From IMG/VR virus record IMGVR_UViG_3300029668_000007: a stretch of DNA of 38,453 nt; one strand, written 5' to 3'. Below the pieces are notes generated by a model. That model was not told where the DNA came from. It made no database searches and saw only the letters and a program-made list of their open reading frames with translations. The position numbers were made by a program, and so were the translations under genes. Source of the stretch: a virus. Below, piece by piece: positions 7,051-12,480 of the stretch. Each line of letters opens with the position of its first letter. Positions within the stretch are counted from its first letter, which is position 1.

Positions 7051-7227
7051 GTTTCTGTCCTCTTTCCCCTAGAAAAATTTGTCGAACGCTGGCGACCGCC
7101 AGAAAGATGTGATTGCGTCCGGGCATAACGACGTGATACACCAGTATCAGCAACGGCCAGCGCTTGCACTGGCTCCATTATAGGACGGCTCGCCCGAAAA
7201 GACAAGAGGAAAGGACGGAGGAAACAC

Positions 7228-7344
7228 ATGACAAATTATCAGGAAGAGATCCTGCGGATGGTGAAGGAGATCCGCACGCCGGAGATCCTGCGGAAGATCT
7301 ACCGCGTCGTGCGGATGATGTACCGGGCGGAGGTGGGCCGATGA
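7228..7344 (+). CDS. Micro-ORF (38 aa)
   Basis: It is too short for the ORF track. ATG 7228 lies about 7 nt after GGAGG. The product is MTNYQEEILRMVKEIRTPEILRKIYRVVRMMYRAEVGR and the stop overlaps the next start (ATGA). Confidence 0.45.
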   Translation: MTNYQEEILRMVKEIRTPEILRKIYRVVRMMYRAEVGR

Positions 7345-7478
7345 GCGCCGACGACCGCGCCCGCGTGCTGGCGCTGCTGGAAAGTTTGTGCCAATTAGAC
7401 CTGTACAAGGTGGGAATTTATGCCGAGACCCTGCTGGAACTGCGCGGGGGGATTGAAAAAGCCACAGAGCCGCGTTAA
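7341..7478 (+). CDS. Micro-ORF (45 aa)
   Basis: It starts with MSADDRARVLALLESLCQLDLYKVGIYAETLLELRGG and is ATGA-coupled to the 38-aa ORF. Confidence 0.45.
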   Translation: MSADDRARVLALLESLCQLDLYKVGIYAETLLELRGGIEKATEPR

Positions 7479-7511
7479 AATGAGAAAAAGAACCATAGGG
7501 AGGACGCGTCT

Positions 7512-8162
7512 ATGCCACTGATCGGGTACAGGGACAACTGTCTTTACTGCGAAATGCACGTTGCGGGAGTGACGCACAAAAATGGCCGTCGGTCACGTCA
7601 AACCATCCTGCGGAGGATCTACTGGGAGGACGAGCCATACGACAGCTTTAGCGCCGAGCGGGACGTGGGCCCGAAACTGACGGAGTTTGAGGGTCAACCG
7701 GCGGTCGAGATCTGGGTGCGCGGCGGCGAGGAGCCGGAAATGGTCGGCTATGTGCCGAAAACGGAGCTGCCCTTTGTCCTGTCCCACTGGGACAGATACG
7801 CCGGGGTCAGCTGCTTTGAGGTATCCGGCGGAGGGACGGACGCGGACGGCGAAAGGCTAAACTTCGGCGCGCGCCTCGTGATGCGCTTCATGGCGACCGA
7901 CGAGGAGAAAAAGAAATACGACGAGAAACACAAAGAGGATCTGGAAAAAGTCAAAAGACAAGAGTTCGTCGACCGGGAAAGAGAGGCCAGAGCCGCGCGC
8001 GCCCGCGCCGCGATCCAAGACCGGGCGGAAGCCGAAAAACGCGCCGAAGCGGCGCGAAAACAGGCGGAAGCCGAGAAAAAAGAAAAACAGAAAAAGGATA
8101 AGATCATCGCGGCTGGAATCATCGTGGCGCTCATGATCCTGCTGAAACTGCTGTTAAAGTAA
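7512..8162 (+). CDS. HIRAN-domain protein with K/E/A-rich coiled coil and C-terminal TM anchor (216 aa)
   Basis: GGGAGG lies upstream. The HIRAN-like pattern is HVAGVTHKNGRRSRQTIL ... VGYVPKTELPFV ... SGGG. The coiled coil reads REREARAARARAAIQDRAEAEKRAEAARKQAEAEKKEKQKK and the TM segment is IIAAGIIVALMILLKLLL. Confidence 0.7.
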   Translation: MPLIGYRDNCLYCEMHVAGVTHKNGRRSRQTILRRIYWEDEPYDSFSAERDVGPKLTEFEGQPAVEIWVRGGEEPEMVGYVPKTELPFVLSHWDRYAGVSCFEVSGGGTDADGERLNFGARLVMRFMATDEEKKKYDEKHKEDLEKVKRQEFVDREREARAARARAAIQDRAEAEKRAEAARKQAEAEKKEKQKKDKIIAAGIIVALMILLKLLLK

Positions 8163-8174
8163 CCACCAAACAGG

Positions 8175-8212
8175 GAAGACCCCCGGACACTACGTCCGGG
8201 GGTCTTCTTTTT
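8175..8212. terminator. Bidirectional terminator between the HIRAN gene and the CI-like repressor
   Basis: A 14-bp perfect stem (GAAGACCCCCGGAC / GTCCGGGGGTCTTC) is followed by TTTTT on the + strand. The last repressor codons lie inside the stem. Confidence 0.75.
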
Positions 8213-8558
8213 GCATTTGGCTGTCCAAGTATGCCAGGAATGCTTCCGCCAAGTCCGGCGGCATGTTGACCACGAACCTGACCAGCCGCTTCTTGGCCTC
8301 GCTCTGGCCCTCCATGGTGCGGGTGATGGACTGGATGTCGCTGCTCACCTGCGGGTCGATCATCTCCCCCTCGCCGGTCTCCAGCCACCGGCGGGAGATA
8401 CCGAACTCGGAACAGATGAGTTTCTTTGTCGCTTCGGTCGGTTCCCGCTTTCCGCTCAGCCACATACTGACGGCGGATTGTTGGATTCCGACGCGGTCTG
8501 CGAGCGCCGCCTGTGTGATTCCGGCCATCTGGATAATCGCTTTGATCCGATCTTTCAA
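8190..8558 (-). CDS. CI-like XRE-family repressor (122 aa)
   Basis: TTG start 8558 lies 8 nt after AGGAGG. The HTH reads ITQAALADRVGIQQSAVSMWLSGKR. The gene is divergent from the rightward early operon, with operators between them. Confidence 0.8.
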   Translation of the reverse strand: MKDRIKAIIQMAGITQAALADRVGIQQSAVSMWLSGKREPTEATKKLICSEFGISRRWLETGEGEMIDPQVSSDIQSITRTMEGQSEAKKRLVRFVVNMPPDLAEAFLAYLDSQMQKEDPRT

Positions 8559-8582
8559 AGGCTTCCCCTCCTTTCAGATAAT

Positions 8583-8611
8583 ATTATATCACAAAATTAT
8601 ATTTTTGTGAA
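8583..8611 (-). promoter_or_regulatory. Leftward repressor-maintenance-type promoter: TTCACA (8611-8606), 17 nt, TATAAT (8588-8583)
   Basis: Read directly on the minus strand. The spacer is filled by the 22-bp palindrome at 8589-8610. Confidence 0.65.
8589..8610. promoter_or_regulatory. Operator: perfect palindrome TCACAAAA-TTATAT-TTTTGTGA
   Basis: The 8-nt arms are exact reverse complements and the site overlaps the leftward promoter. Confidence 0.7.
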
Positions 8612-8619
8612 GTTTTCTC

Positions 8620-8648
8620 TTGACAAATATATTTATGTGAACTATAAT
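8620..8648 (+). promoter_or_regulatory. Rightward early promoter: TTGACA (8620-8625), 17 nt, TATAAT (8643-8648)
   Basis: Both hexamers are consensus with 17-nt spacing, about 30 nt upstream of the RBS of ORF 8680. Confidence 0.8.
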
Positions 8649-8655
8649 TATCACA
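8636..8655. promoter_or_regulatory. Operator: TGTGA-N10-TCACA overlapping the -10 of the rightward promoter
   Basis: It shares the TGTGA/TCACA half-sites of the 8589-8610 palindrome, in the opposite order. Confidence 0.55.
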
Positions 8656-8679
8656 GTAAGATAAAAGGAGGCGGACAGA

Positions 8680-8838
8680 ATGAGTAAAGACAGTATCGCC
8701 AGCGTCATCATGGCCAAGGCGGCGGAGATGACCGACCGGGAAGCGGAGCTGGCCATGGCGGTAGCCGCCGCCATGCAGAGCGGCTACGAGCTGGGCCGAC
8801 TGAGCGCCCAGAAGGACGATAACAAGGCCAGCGCGTGA
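8680..8838 (+). CDS. Small early protein (52 aa), first gene after the rightward promoter
   Basis: It is too short for the ORF track. AAGGAGG lies 7 nt upstream. The product begins MSKDSIASVIMAKAAEMTDREAELAMAVAAAMQSGYELGRLSAQKDDNKASA. Confidence 0.55.
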   Translation: MSKDSIASVIMAKAAEMTDREAELAMAVAAAMQSGYELGRLSAQKDDNKASA

Positions 8839-8863
8839 CGCTGGCGGAGAGAGGGAATAGGAC

Positions 8864-9055
8864 ATGGGAAAAACACGCTATGAGTCCGTAGCCCGGAAGA
8901 TCGTGGATCTGGTGGAAGGAATGACCACCGAGGAATGGCTGAAAATCGCAGCCCTCATCGACGGCTGTATCAAAACACAGATCGCAGAAATGACCATCCA
9001 GAAGCCGGAAAATCTGGAATACCTGCTGGAACAGGCCATGATATCGGACGATTGA
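8864..9055 (+). CDS. Hypothetical early protein (63 aa)
   Basis: ATG is preceded by GAGGGAAUAGGAC. Composition is coding-like. Confidence 0.6.
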   Translation: MGKTRYESVARKIVDLVEGMTTEEWLKIAALIDGCIKTQIAEMTIQKPENLEYLLEQAMISDD

Positions 9056-9074
9056 CCGACGAAAGGAAACCAAA

Positions 9075-9242
9075 ATGCCAAACAAAATCCCGGTGGAAAT
9101 CCAAACCGAAGAACTGGAAGAAACCATCCGAAAGGCCGAAAAACTGGTATCGACGCTGAAAGAGGCCGCCGATCTGGCGCGGGAGATCACGTCCCTCGGC
9201 GAGGCTTTCCGGGTTTACGTCAAAGTGCCGGAAAAAAGCTGA
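9075..9242 (+). CDS. Hypothetical small helical protein (55 aa)
   Basis: It is too short for the ORF track. GAAAGGAAAC lies upstream. The product begins MPNKIPVEIQTEELEETIRKAEKLVSTLKEAADLAREITSLGEAF. Confidence 0.45.
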   Translation: MPNKIPVEIQTEELEETIRKAEKLVSTLKEAADLAREITSLGEAFRVYVKVPEKS

Positions 9243-9266
9243 AAACCACCAAGGAGGAAATAGGAC

Positions 9267-9515
9267 ATGTTCAACCAAGCCCGATTCGATCTCATCCTCG
9301 CACTGACGGGGGAGAAGATGGTCGACGCGGCGGAGGCGATGGGGATATCCATGGCCTCCCTGTACAACAAGCGCCATGGGAAAAACGATTTCACCAGCCG
9401 GGAGATCGAGGCGTTCTGCCGCCACTATATGGTCAGCCCCATGGACGTGTTTTTCGATGGGCTGGAGTACGACCTGCGGAGGGCGCGGGGCGGCTCGAAG
9501 GGGGAGAAAGCATGA
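9267..9515 (+). CDS. HTH DNA-binding protein (82 aa), Cro/regulator-like
   Basis: AAGGAGGAAAUAGGAC lies immediately upstream. The HTH-like segment is MVDAAEAMGISMASLYNKRHGKNDFT. Confidence 0.6.
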   Translation: MFNQARFDLILALTGEKMVDAAEAMGISMASLYNKRHGKNDFTSREIEAFCRHYMVSPMDVFFDGLEYDLRRARGGSKGEKA

Positions 9516-9760
9516 CGGAGCTGCGTATGCGGGCCTACCGCCAGAAAGCCGCGCTGAGAGCGTGGACAGGCCCGGCCATCTATCACGGCATCGAGATCAT
9601 CCCCCGGACGGGCCTCAACCTGCTGCGCTACAAGCGCCGTCTGCGGCGGATGGCCGCGCCGGTGTGCCCGCCGGATAAGACATGGGAGGTCGTGCTGCTG
9701 TTCATGGCGGCGGTGGGGATGTTTCTCTACGCCTTCCTGCGGTGGTGGTTCCTATGCTAA
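9512..9760 (+). CDS. Hypothetical protein with C-terminal TM segment (82 aa)
   Basis: GGGGAG lies upstream and the start is ATGA-coupled. The hydrophobic tail is VVLLFMAAVGMFLYAFLRWWFL. Confidence 0.55.
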   Translation: MTELRMRAYRQKAALRAWTGPAIYHGIEIIPRTGLNLLRYKRRLRRMAAPVCPPDKTWEVVLLFMAAVGMFLYAFLRWWFLC

Positions 9761-10356
9761 AGAGCCATGACTTTCTCCATGCCGTGCCGGGCCAGATGGC
9801 GACCCGCTTTGACCTCGGGACTCACCTCTTTGCTTCGGAGGGGTCGATCAACGCGCACAACACCTACTGCGACCCCCGAAAAATCCGAAGCGTCAAGACG
9901 CTGGAAAAGTCGCTCTGTTACAACGCACACTACCCGGTGGACATACGCGGGAGGAAGACGGCGGATAACGGGCGGACGAACCAACGCTGGACGCTGAACC
10001 TCGGAGCCTGTATCGAGTGCGAGAGCCCCTGCGAGTACGGGATGGAGCGGCTGCGGAGGCTCAAGATCCACGAGCTGTTGGAACTGGGCTGCGGGGCTGA
10101 CTGCCTCACCTGCCCGGAGCCCTGCCGGGTGTACAAGCTGGCCGTGGGGAAAATCGCGGCGGAGGAGATCCAGAAGGCCGTGAAACGGAAACAGGCCGAG
10201 GCCTTCGCCCGGGCGGCGCTGGCTCAATATCTGCCGGAGGGCGCGAAGCACAAAGGCGAAGAACAGCCCCCCAAAGGGAGAGCCCACAGACGGAGACCCG
10301 CGACGGTCAGCGGTGCGGGCGTGGAGCGGGCCGAGAAAAAGGAGGAGACCCCATGA
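9754..10356 (+). CDS. Hypothetical Cys-cluster protein (200 aa)
   Basis: The internal ATG 9754 overlaps the previous stop. The Cys motifs are CIECESPC and CGADCLTCPEPC, which could bind metal or an Fe-S cluster. Confidence 0.55.
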   Translation: MLKSHDFLHAVPGQMATRFDLGTHLFASEGSINAHNTYCDPRKIRSVKTLEKSLCYNAHYPVDIRGRKTADNGRTNQRWTLNLGACIECESPCEYGMERLRRLKIHELLELGCGADCLTCPEPCRVYKLAVGKIAAEEIQKAVKRKQAEAFARAALAQYLPEGAKHKGEEQPPKGRAHRRRPATVSGAGVERAEKKEETP

Positions 10357-10619
10357 GCACGATGGCCTTGGACACACAGGCCCGGACGATCCTTGCACAG
10401 GACACCGCCAGAGCCGCCATGAGGGCGATCCAGTCCCCGGCCTATCTGGACGAGTGCGAAGCGTGGGCCCAGAAGTGGTGGGGCCTCCCCTACGCCGTCG
10501 TCCGCCGGAAGACCCCGGAGGAGCTGGAGCCCCAGCTGACGGCGTGGCTCGACACCCTGCGCCGCCCGGAGCCGGTGCTCTGCGGGAACGTGGAGGTCAT
10601 CCCATTTGAGCGGGCGTGA
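10353..10619 (+). CDS. Hypothetical protein (88 aa)
   Basis: GGAGGAG lies upstream, the start is ATGA-coupled, and composition is coding-like. Confidence 0.6.
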   Translation: MSTMALDTQARTILAQDTARAAMRAIQSPAYLDECEAWAQKWWGLPYAVVRRKTPEELEPQLTAWLDTLRRPEPVLCGNVEVIPFERA

Positions 10620-10630
10620 TGCCCGCGCGA

Positions 10631-10694
10631 GGGAAGGTGTTTAGCGTCCGCGGCGCTGAACGGTTCGCTGGGTCGTCCCCAGCCCTTCCCACCA
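10631..10694 (+). ncRNA. tRNA-like element A (64 nt, not a canonical tRNA)
   Basis: A perfect 7-bp acceptor-like helix (GGGAAGG 10631-10637 / CCUUCCC 10684-10690) is followed by unpaired ACCA. Inside are a 9-bp stem with a 7-nt loop (UCCGCGG) and a 5-bp hairpin (CUGGG-UCGUC-CCCAG). Confidence 0.45.
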
Positions 10695-10831
10695 CGGCGC
10701 GTCTGGTCAACGTGCCGGTTGTCAGTCCCTCCTTGCGAGGGGGAAACTCTCCTTCCGTTGTGCGACAAAGCGGAAAGACGCTTGGCGGCCCGGACAGACG
10801 GGCACGTAATGAGGACGCGAAACACCAACAT

Positions 10832-10927
10832 GGGGCTGGGAGTTCATCAGGAAAAGAACGTCGCCGAAATGCGCGCGGCTGTGCTAACGCGGCGAAGGTG
10901 CGGGTTCGACACCCGCCCGCCCCACCA
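10832..10927 (+). ncRNA. tRNA-shaped element B (96 nt) with an expanded anticodon arm
   Basis: The acceptor helix is GGGGCUG/CCGCCCC with one U-C mismatch. The D-like hairpin is GUUC-AUCAGGAAAA-GAAC. A 5-bp stem (UCGCC/GGCGA) closes 25 nt. A 4-nt variable region precedes a canonical T-arm (GCGGG-UUCGACA-CCCGC), then ACCA. Confidence 0.5.
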
Positions 10928-11042
10928 ACCCCGGGGACGGTTTATCCTTCCGGCCTCCGGGACGTGCCTTGGATCAGGCACTGCATCACCTCCTAGGGGC
11001 ATGACCCCGACCCTACCCCTTCACCATCTTTTCGGGGCGGGC

Positions 11043-11100
11043 GGCCCTCTGGCGCACGGCGAACTGGTACGTCACCGGCGCTCTAAGAGGGCCTATTTTA
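11043..11100 (+). terminator. Long imperfect GC hairpin (outer helix GGCCCUCU 11043-11050 / AGAGGGCC 11086-11093) followed by UAUUUUA
   Basis: The outer 8-bp helix and inner helices (GGCGC/GCGCU, CGG/CCG) were read directly. The U-rich tail is short, so this is a probable end of the + strand non-coding transcript. Confidence 0.4.
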
Positions 11101-11105
11101 TGGGC

Positions 11106-11157
11106 AAAAAAAGGCCCCGGCGAAACCGCCGAGGCCCGAACCAAAGGAAATAGGACT
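11106..11157 (-). ncRNA. Predicted ~50-nt sRNA: 5'-AGUCCUAUUUCCUUUGGUUC + terminator hairpin + U7
   Basis: It is bounded by a near-consensus promoter (11163-11191) and an intrinsic terminator (stem 11136-11113 with one mismatch, U7 at 11112-11106). It contains no ORF and lies opposite to all flanking genes. Confidence 0.55.
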
Positions 11158-11162
11158 CTTGT

Positions 11163-11191
11163 ATTATACCACGAAAAAACCGAGAAATCAA
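11163..11191 (-). promoter_or_regulatory. sRNA promoter: TTGATT (11191-11186), 17 nt, extended -10 TGgTATAAT (11171-11163)
   Basis: Read directly on the minus strand. The -10 is perfect, has a TG extension, and the spacer is 17 nt. Confidence 0.6.
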
Positions 11192-11210
11192 ATCAAGGGA
11201 GGAAGGACAA

Positions 11211-11696
11211 ATGGGCATGAACAAAGGGATGTACACAAGTAACAGCTGCGAATGGGAAACGCCGCTTGATTTTTTTAAGGATCTGGATGCGGAGTTCCAC
11301 TTTGACGTGGACGTATGCGCCACGCCGGAAAATGCCAAATGCACCGAATATTACACCAAAGCGGACGACGGACTGCAAAAAACGTGGAGGGGCTCCTGCT
11401 GGATGAACCCGCCATACGGACGCGGAATCGGAAAATGGATGAAAAAGGCATATGAATCCGCCCAAAGCGGTGCGACGGTGGTGTGCCTCGTACCTGCGCG
11501 GACAGATACCGGCTGGTGGCATGACTACGCTATGCGCGGGGAGGTGCGCTTTGTGCGGGGACGGCTTAGATTTAACGGGCTTAATTGCAATGCGCCGTTT
11601 CCCTCGGCGGTGGTGATATTTCGGGGGAGAGCGGATTGGAAAAAGGAGGAAGGACAATGGAACGAAGAAAATGCCGCCGCTGCGGCCATCCCATGA
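11211..11696 (+). CDS. Phage Dam-like N6-adenine DNA methyltransferase (161 aa)
   Basis: The catalytic NPPY lies in CWMNPPYGRG. Small size and layout recall the phage Dam family. GGGAGGAAGGACAA lies upstream. Confidence 0.8.
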   Translation: MGMNKGMYTSNSCEWETPLDFFKDLDAEFHFDVDVCATPENAKCTEYYTKADDGLQKTWRGSCWMNPPYGRGIGKWMKKAYESAQSGATVVCLVPARTDTGWWHDYAMRGEVRFVRGRLRFNGLNCNAPFPSAVVIFRGRADWKKEEGQWNEENAAAAAIP

Positions 11697-11884
11697 CGCG
11701 GATCATCACCCAGACCATAGAGCCGGGCGGAAGCCGCTGGAAGGCCTGTTACACCTGTCTCAGCTGCGGCCACAAGATCGTGGCTGCGCCCGCTGGGAGC
11801 CGGGCGGAATACGGCAAAAGCTGGCGCTGCTGGCCCCGGAAGCCTACCCCGGAGCAGATGGCGGCAGCAGAATTGGAGGAATGA
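11657..11884 (+). CDS. Zinc-ribbon protein (75 aa)
   Basis: AGGAGGAAGGACA lies upstream of ATG 11657. The two CxxC pairs are CRRCGH and CLSCGH. Confidence 0.6.
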   Translation: MERRKCRRCGHPMTRIITQTIEPGGSRWKACYTCLSCGHKIVAAPAGSRAEYGKSWRCWPRKPTPEQMAAAELEE

Positions 11885-12081
11885 GCATGGAATGGATCAG
11901 TGTTAAGGACAGGATGCCGGAAGACGATGCAACGTATCTTGTATATGGGCGAAACGGGTACGGGATAGGGTTTGCCGTCTATTATGGCGACGGCGAATGG
12001 CTTACCTGTGATGATTTGACCAATATTACACGGTTCATCACTCACTGGATGCCCCTGCCGGAATCGCCAAAGGAGGATTGA
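11881..12081 (+). CDS. DUF551-like protein (66 aa)
   Basis: The sequence MEWISVKDRMPEDD...THWMPLPESP matches the W-x-S-V-x-D-x-L-P ... W-M-P-L-P pattern I recall for DUF551. The start is ATGA-coupled. Confidence 0.65.
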   Translation: MSMEWISVKDRMPEDDATYLVYGRNGYGIGFAVYYGDGEWLTCDDLTNITRFITHWMPLPESPKED

Positions 12082-12084
12082 ACC

Positions 12085-12468
12085 ATGAAAAAGAAACATG
12101 CCCTCATTGCCCTATGCGCCGCCATGCTCCTGCTGCTTTGCGGATGCTCGGAAGCCTCAAAAGCAAATTGGAATATCTCCAAGCAGGCGGATTATTTTGA
12201 GGCCGAGCGGAAAATCACGGTCTACAATGCCCGGACGGATAAAATCATACTGGAAGTTGAGGGCTACATGGCGATCAGCAATAACGATAATAACGAGCTG
12301 GTTGTTACGGTGAAAGTTGGCCCGGGAACCTATAAAAAGAACTATGTATACCTGAACGATTATACCATGTACGTCGTGGAGGACATCACCGGGACGCATA
12401 CAGACCCGTATCATTATCGCCTGTATTTCCACGTCGAGCCGCCCCTGTACGTGGAAACCAAACCATAA
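12085..12468 (+). CDS. Lipoprotein (127 aa)
   Basis: The signal peptide MKKKHALIALCAAMLLLLCGC has a lipobox-like LCGC. AGGAGG lies upstream. The gene is visibly more A/T-rich than its flanks. Confidence 0.75.
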   Translation: MKKKHALIALCAAMLLLLCGCSEASKANWNISKQADYFEAERKITVYNARTDKIILEVEGYMAISNNDNNELVVTVKVGPGTYKKNYVYLNDYTMYVVEDITGTHTDPYHYRLYFHVEPPLYVETKP

Positions 12469-12480
12469 GGAGACCCGCCC

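Noticed and set aside
7134-7149. TGATA-CACCAG-TATCA in the int-operon upstream region, considered as a fourth copy of the cassette operator (TATCA-N4-TGATA).
   Set aside because: The half-sites are everted relative to the cassette operators and the spacing differs (6 versus 4). Five-bp half-sites can recur by chance. This is not enough to link the HTH-TM protein to the cassettes.
10868-10877. A 10-nt identity (GAAGGTGCGG) plus a nearby GGATCA...CACCTCCT, suggesting a captured 16S rRNA 3' end.
   Set aside because: The matches are short, non-contiguous and interrupted by unrelated sequence. They do not reconstruct the 16S terminus, so they are treated as chance or at most motif mimicry.
10832-10927. 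A complete tmRNA (ssrA) or a canonical tRNA gene. The 3' end GGUGCGGGUUCGACACCCGCCCGCCCCACCA looks strikingly like a tmRNA or tRNA 3' end.
   Set aside because: I could not fold a 7-nt anticodon loop with U33, because the anticodon-stem-like helix encloses 25 nt. There is no tmRNA-type 5' GGxUUCGAC motif, pseudoknot series or Ala-rich tag ORF ending in a stop. G3 pairs with C rather than U. It is therefore reported only as a tRNA-shaped element pending tRNAscan-SE, ARAGORN and Infernal.
11159-11242. A 27-codon ORF starting at TTG 11159, downstream of the AAAGGAAAUAGGAC motif.
   Set aside because: It overlaps the Dam start out of frame, encodes a basic low-complexity peptide, and lies exactly over the minus-strand sRNA promoter. 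The SD-like motif is better explained as the cis-antisense of the sRNA seed.
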